This document shows positions 1 to 10,965 of a stretch of 32,396 nt of DNA, piece after piece. Under the pieces are notes generated by a model. That model had not been told where the DNA came from and ran no database searches. It was given only the letters and a program-made list of their open reading frames with translations. Made by a program: the position numbers and the translations under genes. Source of the stretch: Catajapyx aquilonaris (taxonomy: Eukaryota); the NCBI GenBank assembly GCA_000934665.2, contig JYFJ02004407.1, positions 1 to 32,396 of the forward strand, in the 5' to 3' direction. Numbering within the stretch: the stretch's first letter is position 1; each line of letters starts with the position of its first letter.

Positions 1-28
1 GGGCGTTTCCCAGCTACTTTGGGTCCTA

Positions 29-2210
29 CTAACATGATGTGCATAGTGGTTTCCGAATAACACGCCGAAAGTTTTTTTTTTGTTGCGCTGTGTTATCCGC
101 AAGAAGCACCACGTCATCCGCAAATTGCACAAACCGTATGTCCTTCGTGTTAGGGGTAAGAGCGACTCCCGGCACACCACTTTCATTCAGCCAATGTGCT
201 AAATCTGATAAATATAAATTAAATAGAAAGGGGGATAATGGTTCACCCTGGAGGATTCCACGATTTATCTGGATTGGGGAAGTATTATCATCCTCGCTTG
301 CTATACGTGCTGTAGCATATATGCTCCTTATCACTGCTAACAAATTATCCGAAGGTATCACACGAGCAAGCATGGCAAACATTATGTCATGCGGGACTGA
401 ATCGAATGCCTTGGCCAAGTCTAAAAATATTGCATATAATTTCCCACCTGGCCGACTCAATTTTTTATTGACCAGAGTATTCAGCACAAAAACCTATTCA
501 AGGCAGCTATATCCCGACCTAAATCCCGCCTGTTCCTCAGGGATGATGGCCTCACCGTCACACCATTTCGTTAACCTCTTCAGTACCATTGAGGTGAGGA
601 TTTTCAGTGCGTTATTCACTAAAGAAATCGGCCGATAGTTTGACGGGACGTCTTCCCCCCCTTTAAAAATAGAAATTACTTTGACCTCGGTCCATGCCTC
701 GGGAATAGTCCTTGTCGCCATGATCTTGTTGTACAGTTGCAATAATCTGGACTGTAGCCTTACAGATCCCAATTTGTAGAGGCCATTCGGTATATTATCT
801 AGTCCTGGCGCCGAGCCAGTTTTGAGTCGTGAGATTGCCGATAATAATTCTACTTGGGAGAAAGGAGCATCCAAAATTGGGTGAGCATTAGGCACTAATG
901 TTATCATCGGGATCACTAGACGTATCCTATACAAGTCCGTCAAATATTCACCCCAACCTCGTAGATCCGGTCGCCTGGGTTCCACCTTGTATAGATTACT
1001 CCGTATCACCTTCCAAAATACCTGGGGATCTCCACGTTGCAATAATAGGTTTGCCAAAACTGTTGAATGTAGCTTTTGTTTCGCTTTTATCTGGTTTTTA
1101 TATGCCCGTAGGCTTTGCACATAAGTCAATCTATCAACCGGGTTCCCCGTGCGACACCATTTTTTTATGTATTTTCCCAAGCCGCTTTTTGGACAATTGT
1201 AAATCCTCGTCGTACCAAGGCGCATATTTGATTTTTTGGCGGGGGCGTACAATTACCCCCACCTTCCGCAAGTAGCCTGTAAGCACCGCCGTGAGTTCCC
1301 TTTGTATCTCATCCACCGCTATGTCCTCCAAGGACGAATCCACTCCCATAACAACAGTATCAATCTCCTCCGGCGTAATTAAAAATATCTTACTCTTCAA
1401 ACATATTTCAGCGGGGATTGGTGGCAACGTTAAAGTTTCTACTTCCCTCATAATTGCAACTACTGGTAAATGATCTGAACCCGGAATCATCTCTACCCTA
1501 AAATCTTGTATACAATGAAGGAGAGGAGTTTGCAACATGTGATAATCAACTACACTTCTCCCTTGTGCTGACTGGAACGTGAATCTCCCTCTCTGGTCTG
1601 AATATGAGGAGCCATTTAGTACCGTCAACGCAAATTTATCCATTAATTCCGTTAATTGCTTCCCTCGTTTATTCAAAGTAGTATCTTGGGACATTCTTTG
1701 CTGAGTTAATTGAGGGTATAATGGGGGAGGGGGAAAATTGGCCTCGGCTATCCGTGCATTAAAATCCCCGGTGAGCATAATCGCATATCCCATGGCCGAT
1801 AGCCTCTCCAATTCGTCCCTCAGCCTTCCCATTTCCCCTTCAAATCTACCATCCGGGGGGAGATAAATTAGTCCCAAAATCGTCTTTACTCCAAAGAAAC
1901 ATTCTATTTTCACCAGAATTGACCAGTTTGACGACCACACTAACTGGGGGGTCAATTTTTTATATACATAAACCATGAGGCCACCCGAAGGCCGTCCTCT
2001 CTTTAACACTTTTGTTGCAAGAACCTGATACAATACATAATCACTTGCCCTCGAATTAACCCTATTATCTAATAGCCATGTTTCAACAAAGCCACACCAA
2101 TACAAATTTGGATGGGATGTTAATAATTCGAAAAAAAGTTGGGATGTGTCTGAACCTCGCACATTCCATGAGATAATAAATCCCAAATCGGTAACTGGCT
2201 GACCAATCTC
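29..2210 (-). pseudogene. LINE ORF2 (APE endonuclease + reverse transcriptase), disrupted
   Basis: APE motifs SWNVRG, ETW, GDFNA, VVDY, SDHLPV. RT motifs APGLDNI, NYRPISL, QAGFR, FLDLAKAFDSV, GILQGEPLSPFLFNLY, FADD. Disablements: an extra base in the T7 run at 1160-1166, an in-frame TAG at 494-496, and loss of frame near the T run at 72-81. Confidence 0.93.
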
Positions 2211-3473
2211 TCAATTCTTTGTTTTATTGGGTTTCTTTGCTGGCTGGTACACCGTCGGTGACACTGAGATACCTCTCTTGGACCCTACACCTTGTGCCGC
2301 CGAGTGCTTGGGCAGGGGAACCAGCGATACTTCATCCGTACTCAAAGTGAAAGCCTTCCCATCTATCATCGCTCGATCATAATTTATAAACGCCGTTTTC
2401 CCCTGCCCCCTCGCCTCAGCAACAAAATTCCATAACTTCGCCCGTATTTGCCGTGTTTGCCAAGAGTAGTCCAATGACACTTTAATCTCCTTGGCCGGCT
2501 TGTCCCTAATCATGCCCCAGAGATAGATTCTATCCCTATAATCCAATAATTTGATTATTATTGGCCTGTATGACTGCGTTGGTCGCCCCTGGCTTGGATT
2601 TTGACCACCCTTAAATTGGCCTATCCTGTGCGCCCTTTCAATCACTGGCCTATAATCATCCGTGTACCTGTGACACTTATCGAGTAAAGTCGGGAGGCAA
2701 GTGTCACGGGAAGGGGGAATAAATATGGAATCAAGAGTAATGTGGGAGAACAGAATGTATTGACGTAAACGACTCAATAGTACCAAGTATAAGGAGGGGA
2801 GGAATAGGTGATGGTGGTGGAGGATTGGGAGGAGAGAAGGAGGATGGGTGGTAACTGGATGGGGATCAAATCCAGACTGCCCCAAAAAGGAGCAGGAGAC
2901 ATAGGGGTCCAAAAAAGCCAGGGGGAGGGGGAGGGGGCGAGGTCAAGGGAGGACAGTCTTTTTTAGGGGGGAACCGTTGGGCAGTTGGGCAATCAGTGTA
3001 AGTTTGAGGGAAAGTTTTTATGGGAGGTATAGGAGCGGGAATTGGCCTAAATGGTGTGGGGCAATATAGGGGATGGTTTGGATATGGCAGGGTCGTATGT
3101 ACAAATGGACTGTTTTAGGATGGGTGTATTGTAGGAAGGGAGAGCAAGTGCTGGGGTAACGGAATACCGTTACATACCAACCATAGTTCTTACACACTTC
3201 GTGAATCTTGGCCGTCAGCGATGCATAGTTCTCTCTTGGTAATTCTTCGATCCCATGGAACACCAGGTTTGAGCGTCTTGATCTGTCTTCCAGGTCTCGC
3301 ACCTTCAAGGCCAGCTCGCCAACTTCCTCCCGCAATGATTGAATACTGGATTCTTGAATTTGAAGCTTCTCCTCCAATAATGTTGACACCTCCGTCTTCC
3401 AGGCCTCCAATTTGCAAGTAATCCTATCCTCCATCGCCCTCAAAAGGTCTTTAATCTCCAATACCGAGGCCAT
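2211..3473 (-). CDS. LINE ORF1 nucleic-acid chaperone (L1 transposase_22/RRM-like); join(3473..3178, 2667..2211) = 250 aa
   Basis: The upstream part has a coiled coil and LEDRSRRSNLVFHGIEE. The downstream part has IERAHRIG...RPIIIKL...KVSLDYS...IDGK. Both halves are in the same frame and join as KNYGW-YTDDYRPVIERAHR once 510 nt are removed. Confidence 0.85.
2669..3174. mobile_element. Solo-LTR-like insertion (506 bp) with 4-bp TSD
   Basis: Termini TGTGAC...GTTACA (TG..CA with a short imperfect inverted repeat). Flanked by TACC at 2665-2668 and 3175-3178. Abrupt purine-rich composition shift. Interrupts LINE ORF1. Confidence 0.8.
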
Positions 3474-3949
3474 TGTACCGCTCGGAACAGGACAGTATCA
3501 AACAAGGTCCAAATTAGTAATGGCCTTCAGCAATTAATCACACCCTATACGAGATACTGGGGTATCACTGCTCACCTTAAATATGGGTAGGGCGCTTGGG
3601 TGTTCACTACAAACACTCAAGGGTCTTTTCCCAAGCGCCCGGCTTGCCCAATTTGATGCGGTAAGTAGTCGACCTTGGTCGCTGAGACGCTTGCAAGGAA
3701 CGTGCTGTCTGCTCGAGCTACAGTTGGGAAGTGGTTTCTAAATATTGGGCTTATTGAGCGCTCTAGAAAGAAGTATAGGGTTTTTTCTTCTTCAAAATAA
3801 CACACTACTTACTGCTCCTGTCTGCTTTTGTATTAAATCATCTGCCTGAATTTCTTCTGCAGTTACTACACTTTCACAAGGTCTTAATGTAGGTGTTGTC
3901 ACTAGACATTTAATCCCTCTCCGACCTCATATGCTCTCCGTTCTTGCGT

Positions 3950-4620
3950 TACAAGTAAATGTTGGATTATACTCATGTTATGTCCACGTTGTAGATAACT
4001 GACCTTTTTAACTAACATGAAGTGATCATTTCAATATACGGAATAATTATCAGCATTGAAATGTGCGCTCATCTCTTAATCTTTCGTGGGTATCATTCAT
4101 GTCGCGAGGAGAAAATGAAATATGGGGAAATGAGGCATAACTGTGCAGAATGGAAATTTTGGTTTTATAAACGGTTGTAGAGTTGGGAGGACTTGCAGGA
4201 CGTGTCAGATGGTCGTAGAAATTACCTCACTGAGTGTAGTAAGGTTGTGTTTAACTCTATTTGACACTTTTTGACTTGTGGACAGATATTCTGACAGCCC
4301 GCCTACATTTTCCATTTGAATTTTTGACGGGGACATAACGTAGGCTTGCTAAGTATTGTAATGCAGGGCCGTCATTATGCGTGTTCCCATTTCGTCTTAT
4401 ACTGCCTGGGGTTGTGTTTATTAGCTCATAATGAGAGTTGGGTTACTCGTAAAGAACGATACATATGTTAGTACAGAAAAGGTACATATTCATATACCGA
4501 CACAGATATCCGTTACGTCAATAATACTCCTCCGGACATCTCAGCCCCACCTCCTTCTCGTCTGCTTCTGCTAGTAGGTCTTCTCGTCCAAACTCGTCCA
4601 AACATCCTGGTTCACATTTG
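3950..4620 (-). pseudogene. Very degenerate PIF/Harbinger-like transposase remnant
   Basis: Scattered minus-strand motifs in the expected order: RVWTR..SR.RREG, ALQYLAS, FPH. Many stops and frameshifts. Confidence 0.25.
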
Positions 4621-4994
4621 CACCTTCAACCACTAACTGATAGCGAATGAAATAGGCCGCAACACTTCTCTCACTCTTCTCATTTTGTTTCGGTTTACTT
4701 TCAGCATCGTCGTCATTTTTTTATTGCTTCAACACATCTTAAGTAGGTTTGTCCACTAGCGCTTTTGCGGACATTGCTCTTGGCATTCCAGACATTGTTT
4801 TTGAGAGTGCTTCAGGGATTGGCCACCATATCGCCACCATAATTATAAAATGGATCGACACTAACTGCTGATATCCAAACCTAGAACCAGAAGCCCATAC
4901 AGCTCAAATGTATTTTATTAAGCAGCAGAGGCCATTATGTCCTTCATTTTCTTCCGCTGCTCTTTCTGTTCCTCTGACTGTGGCTTTTTCAGTT

Positions 4995-5490
4995 GACCCT
5001 TGAAGGCCAATTCACACAGGCCGTCGACCGGCAATGGCTCTCGTGACTTTGTGGATGACCCTACAGGCCGCACTTTTGTAGACCCCAAACAAATCTACCA
5101 CAAACTATAAGGTTCCCGTTGCATAATATCTTAACGCCAACAGCAGCTGGTTGATTGGCCACAAGCTTTGGTTGTAATCTGAAGGAAACTCCAGCAATTT
5201 GTGTCCCAACTACGGTGTAGACTTTTAGAGCAGCTTTGCTCCAGGGGTGCAATGCCACGTTGGCGTGGTCTTCCGCACTTTATTAATTATATATAACTGT
5301 ACCTCAGACAACAAGATAAGTACAGTTGCCTTGCTGATGCGGAATCTTGCCCTAAAGTGGTCCTCCTCCGTAGTCTCAAATTTTCCATGTACACCTTGGG
5401 AGTGTGGAAAATATTCCAATTTTCTAGCATCAGCCACTCATCTTCGTCTTCCGAGCTGCTGCTCTGTGGCCACAAGGCAGTTGCCATGGC
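4995..5490 (-). pseudogene. PIF/Harbinger (HARBI1-like) transposase N-terminal fragment
   Basis: Acidic N-terminus SSSSEDEDE, then DHFRARFRISKATVLILLSEV, then the HTH segment PINQLLLALRYYATGTL*FVVDLFGVYKSAACRVIHKVTRAIA. Contains stops and frameshifts. Confidence 0.8.
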
Positions 5491-5520
5491 AAGAGGAAAG
5501 CTTCTTGTACCATTTACTTG

Positions 5521-5650
5521 TACAGGGTGTTTCAGAGTCACAGGTCAAGCGCGCGCGAGGGGGTGGGGAAAAATCGTAGGTGGCGACAACCCCGGTCGGT
5601 TTGATAAAACAATTAGAAATACCACAGTAATCAATTTATTTATTACGCTC
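5521..5650 (+). mobile_element. Possible Tc1/mariner-type terminus
   Basis: TA followed by CAGGGTGTTTC, a typical mariner-like TIR start. No partner end identified; right boundary arbitrary. Confidence 0.3.
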
Positions 5651-8600
5651 GTACGGCTTGACGTCACATCCTTTATGTTCGAATTGACTGGCGTGGACTG
5701 TCAGGTGCTGCATGGGTTGAACCTGGTTGAACGGCTTTGTAGCCTTGCGGTTTGCACTGAAAAAGGCGCTACCATGCTATACCGGCAGGGTACTGTACAA
5801 AGTAGTACTGTGCAGTAGAGTGTACAGTACCCTGCCAGTATAACAGAGTCCTCATTGTTTTGTCTTCGACATGTCCAACTCCTCTCAACTCCCTGCGTCG
5901 TCCTAGAGTTTTGTTGGACACTATACTTTTAATGTGTCGTGAAGCATATTTGCATTAAATTTCCGTGATATTTAGCCGTCGCGTAATTTATTCCCACGCT
6001 GCATCCAGACAGCTTCCATCGACATGGTCTGGATCTGAAAATTTCCAGGTCAAAGCGATCGCATGTCTTTGTGAATATATCGTAACGGACATCTTGAAAT
6101 TTACCTTATGCATTAGATTTGTAGGTGTAGGAGGAAGGCCAAGAAACTGTCTGGTTATAAGATAATGCGAAGGTGGGCAGACCCAAGGACAGACCTACCA
6201 CCCCATTTTCCATTTATCCATCTGTATAGCAGGGAGGGTGGTTTTACATTTGAAGACTGACAACCCTGGAGTACATGCAACTCTGCTATTCATTATGATT
6301 AGAGAGCGACGACAAAAATCATTATTATTATTACACAGCTATGTAATATTGCTGTCACACCTAACAAAAGTGACAGAAGCCGATGTTGGAGAAATAATAT
6401 TACACTGGAGGCGCATGTTATACTGAGCTGAAGTGAAGGCGTGGCGGACCCAAGATGGCGCTGCATATACTGTACGTATAGCTGCAGTGTCAGCCTACTT
6501 GTGGGGCGTGGGCTACCTGCCTGCAGTGGTTTATAGACGGCTAGAGATTATTGTTATGCATATTCATTATTGTTGTGGTGGTTGTGTTTCTCATTGTTGA
6601 TTAATATGTTTGGTTATTATTATCTAGAACTGCAGACCATCCACCCAATCACGGAAAGTATCCATCGCAATGATCCCGCTCCAGAAACCCAGCAACACTT
6701 GCCCCTGAAATTCAAGTGTAAACCAATTGGAAGTAAATGTACTTAAAGAATGAGCAAAATTATCTGATGATGTCGAGTTATTCCGTTTATTATCGAACAT
6801 AATGAAATATTTTCTTCTTAAGTGTTACGGAAACTTAAGTTTATCTGGCGCATGTCATCATGTGTTACCGTATGAATAATTATCTAGAATTTCAAGTGGA
6901 AGATCTCCTCAGCCATGTCGAACATTGCCATAGTCATTCTGTTTGGTCGAATTTTCCACTTGCATAAGATGAACAACAGGACATCTTCATCCCCTTCGAT
7001 AGATCCGTCCGCATGAAAATCACTTGGTTATAATCCCCAAATGTGCCGTCGCGGTCCCTGATGTCCAGTATGTCTGTGCGGTGTTAAGTAATCATCATTC
7101 GGGTGATCAGGACCACACTTAGTCCAGAGAGTTGTTCATCCGGTGTGAAGATACTTAGTGACAGTTTGCAACTATTGGTAACCTGGCAGCTGCACTGGGG
7201 CATCCCGTTGATACCGTTAATGTTGCTTAGGGAAAAAAGCAACCTTTTCGTCTACAATAAAATCCATCTTCTCGTCCTTCTGCGTCAGATGCTGCCTTAT
7301 ATGGAGCTGTGTCTGCATATTCGTAGCTGCATGTCTTCCGTTAGACATATTACAATTTGATGTATTTTATCCAAGCCCTTTATTGTACCCTACACATGTA
7401 AGTGTAATTAAACATATTTTATAATTAGATTTGCATAGAAGTCTATTCGCCTGGTTAGTTTCCTATCCCATTATTTGTAGGATATCGGCAGACATCAAGG
7501 AAACTCCAACCTCATATTGAAAGTTGCAAAAATTTCTAAGGTCACCTCACGAATGGGGACGAAATAGGTGAGGCGTCTTACTCTCTTTCGGCCGGATGGA
7601 AGCTTGTATGGTATGGCTCCTGTTGTGTCACCCTGCACCATTCATATCTCTGCTGATACATTTCCTGGCCTGCATAGTGGTGTAGTTGTGGATATGGACA
7701 CATACTGTTAGGTTTGCACTAAATTATCCTTGTGCAAATGAAGGCCAGTTATTAGCTTTAAGCGAAAGACCTTATTCTTTGGGCTGTGTCATGCGTTTCT
7801 GTCATGCGTTTCCTAAAAAAAAATGTAAGTAGGTCATCACCCTGCAAGTTCATGTCGAGGTGTAGTTGGATCTGGGTGCGAAGCAGAAGTCCCTGAGAAT
7901 CCCTGCATATAAGCACTCGACTATGTTCAAGATCGCAATTTGTGTGGGAGGACAAGCAATAGCAAACTTTAAAACGTCTCTCTCTGTATTCAACCGGTGT
8001 TACGAAACTACACATCCTTGCAGTTTGTTTGTGAGACCTGCAGAAGTATGTCCCTATTTGTTGAGATAATTTTTCTTTCAGTGAAGATTATTGCATGCAT
8101 TAACAAGCTTTAACTTCCTTCAGGAATAGCATCCAGGTGATCCACAAACTATCCACAGTTGGATCTATAATACAAGAGGTGTGAGCAAGAGCAAACTTTT
8201 CACTTTAGTAAAAAAAAAATCAACGAGGAATATTACGAGGAATAGTGCTGGGTTCCTGCTAAAAATACTACAGATATCCTCTTTCATTCCTTCCGTTTGA
8301 TGCGTCATGTACATTACATTTGTGGATGAGATCCACTTGTTTGTGCAAGTGTTTCCAAGTACAAGTGTCCGCTCTAGAGAGTGTGAGTGGGTAATATTTG
8401 CCTTATTCGCCACACACCTTATGCCACTGTTGCTCCATAATAATTGTTTGGAGGTATTTCACCTGGAAGTCGTGGTACACCATCAACAACACATCATCTT
8501 GACCAAGTGTGGTTCTTCAGCGACGAAGTGCCCCAGATAACCTGCACAGTCGCCATTTTCAGATGATTCAATGTCCGGCAAATTCCGACATATTATCTCC

Positions 8601-8934
8601 ATAATTTGGGTTTGCACAACTGTCTGATAATTATGAAGGTTATTATTTTATTGAATAGCGTGAGCATTCAGATTATATTGACCATATTAGCCCTTGGCGA
8701 TAATCACGTTGAACTTGTCGCCGTTTGCACCATGCGACGCTGGGTCTCTGGACAGTAGGAGCAATTGACAGTTGCCAATATTGTCAATCTGGCATCTACA
8801 CTTACGGTTCCGGAAAGGGGATCTATCTAGTCCTCCTTACCTACAGTTCTTGCCGCGAGCAGCAGTCAATAGTTGTTATGAGTAATGTCGAAAGCAACTG
8901 TGGCGATATTTGTCGTAACGTGTATTGACTAAAC

Positions 8935-9285
8935 CGGATCGCAATTGCTGGGAGGAGAGGAAGGGAAACACGTGTGTATCCTTACTAAATATACTGTAAC
9001 ATGGTCAAGATAATCCTGTGTGATGCAAGGCAAAATCCGCATGATTGGCGCGTTGTTTGGTTTCTCCAACTGGTTCATGACCATGATGCAGCCATTTGTG
9101 GATTCGAGCGGCGCGACTTGAATGACAAGTTGTGTGGTGTTTGTCATAATGTCACATCCAGATGTGTGTATATGATGTGAATTACGTGTCATGGGTTATT
9201 TGAACCATCACGTTCAGCCGTGTGCGTTGCAGCTTATTTGGTTTGTGTTCTTTACATAGCATACAGTTCCGGCGCATTGTTTGCG
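8935..9285. repeat. Diverged direct repeat, copy 1 (partner ~10660-10965)
   Basis: Collinear shared blocks: ATTGCTGGGAG..AGGAAGGGAAACACG, AATATACTGTAACATGGTCAA, GCAAGGCAAAATCCG, TTTGTCATAATGTCACATCCAGATGTGTGTA, GGTTTGTGTTCTTT.CATAGCATAC. Confidence 0.85.
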
Positions 9286-10659
9286 TAATAATCATGTTTT
9301 AATTGTGCTAAGGAGCCATTACATGAGAGTTGGAGGTGTCGTCTCTACTGTGCTTTCTGTCCAGCGAGATCTTGTGACTTCATCAAATCACCGGCGTGGG
9401 ATCTGATAGCAATATGTAACATCGCACCGCCTTCACAGCAGGTTTTGCTACAAGCGGTTTTATTCTGGGTTTAGAATAATGCTGGTTGGTGAAATTGTAT
9501 ACGTCACGTGCATGAAAAGTTTGAAAAAGATTTCAACTTCATCAACGAGTGATCTCAACACGTCCACCCATTCTGGATACTCGTGTTAAAAGTTGCCTTT
9601 AATTGTAACCCAAAAGTTACCCCATTTGAAAGTTAGTCAGCGGTGTCGCTGAAATGACATTTAAAAACCCTTTGAAGCAAGAGAATTCCATCTAGTGGCA
9701 TACAGTATTTACTTCAGTCTCATGTACGAGTATGTAAGTTTCCATGTTAAAATGTGCTCCCTGGCAGATAAGAAATGTGTTAGTAGATGCACAGGGAAGT
9801 AAGCACATATTTTGAATCAATGCAATGTGGCTGTAATAAACTTAGTGTACCTGCATGTCGGTGTGTATGCATTACTTACAGGTCGCAACGACTTGAATAC
9901 GTCGCAAGTGTGTTCATATAATGTCGGTGTATCTTCTAACTGCTGCTTCTCTTTAGCAACAATTATTAACAATGCCTTGTGAACCCAGTGGCCTGAAGTG
10001 CCACATGAATACCCATATTCACATGATAATCATAATGTTAGTGTGAGATTCTGGCACTTACACCCTTAATGAGGAAATGCCCCATGGCAAATATGACTGT
10101 CTTGTTTCGTCACATTTGGCCTTCAATTTTTATTATAAAGCTCAGTGGTATACATTCACTACTATTGCATCTCCCCAAGTGTCATGATTGTGTGTTGCAT
10201 CTGCCAAGTCATCATCACCAATCATTTCCACTCTTCAAGTGTTCCGAAGAATCTTGATATTGTGAAGACATAGGGTGGGCATAATAGTAATGCCATCGAG
10301 TAGTGTAGGAGGGTCTGGCATCTCCTACCATCCAGATCTTTGTGGTAGTGTCTGTTTCGTTTACTGTAGTAATGGGCGCATAGTACTCTTAGGTCACCAC
10401 AGCGGGCATGGTTATTGTCATTCTGTGATGTATCAACTTCTGTTGTCAGTTGCAAGGTTTTGCTCACGTCCTTGGTTCGCCTAGATGGGACCCACAATGT
10501 CTCGAGCCAGAATACTGTACCTGGGTACGTTGTTACCTGAATACCCTTGGTTATATTGACTCCCACTCACTCAAATAAACAAGCAATCCTCTTCCCTTAT
10601 ATGCAAGTCTGATAGAGGTGAAAAATGTCAAATGTATAACTATGAATATATTTGACTTA

Positions 10660-10965
10660 CAGGATCGCCATTGCTGGGAGAAAAGGAAGGGAAACACGGA
10701 ATATACTGTAACATGGTCAAATCCAGTCTGGCGCAAGGCAAAATCCGTATCATTGGCTGTTCAGTTTTTCATCGCTGGGAATGAGGTGATAATGCAGCCA
10801 CTTGAATATCAAGTTTTGTCATAATGTCACATCCAGATGTGTGTAGGAAGTAAAGTAGGCCTATGTGTCAATACCATACTTATTTTGATCTTCACGTTCA
10901 GACGTGTGCGTCGCGGCTCCATCTGGTTTGTGTTCTTTGCATAGCATACGGTTGGCCAATTGTTT
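10660..10965. repeat. Diverged direct repeat, copy 2 (partner ~8935-9285)
   Basis: Same collinear blocks as 8935-9285, with indels. Confidence 0.85.

Larger units (their letters stand above)
1..3800 (-). mobile_element. Non-LTR retrotransposon (LINE, CR1/L2-group-like), disabled copy; boundaries approximate
   Basis: The minus strand carries ORF1 (coiled coil plus L1-type RRM), then an APE endonuclease, then a reverse transcriptase, in the canonical order. The 5' end is estimated. The 3' part of ORF2 is missing or lies outside the window. Confidence 0.92.

Noticed and set aside
39..638. 199-aa plus-strand ORF
   Set aside because: Antisense shadow of the LINE reverse transcriptase with no recognisable motifs.
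1160..1166. Programmed ribosomal frameshift in LINE ORF2
   Set aside because: It is a homopolymer indel in a copy that also has a nonsense codon, so mutation or sequencing error is simpler.
2668..3177. Group II or other self-splicing intron in ORF1
   Set aside because: No GUGYG 5' end, AY 3' end or domain V motif. TG..CA termini with a 4-bp TSD fit an LTR-like insertion better.
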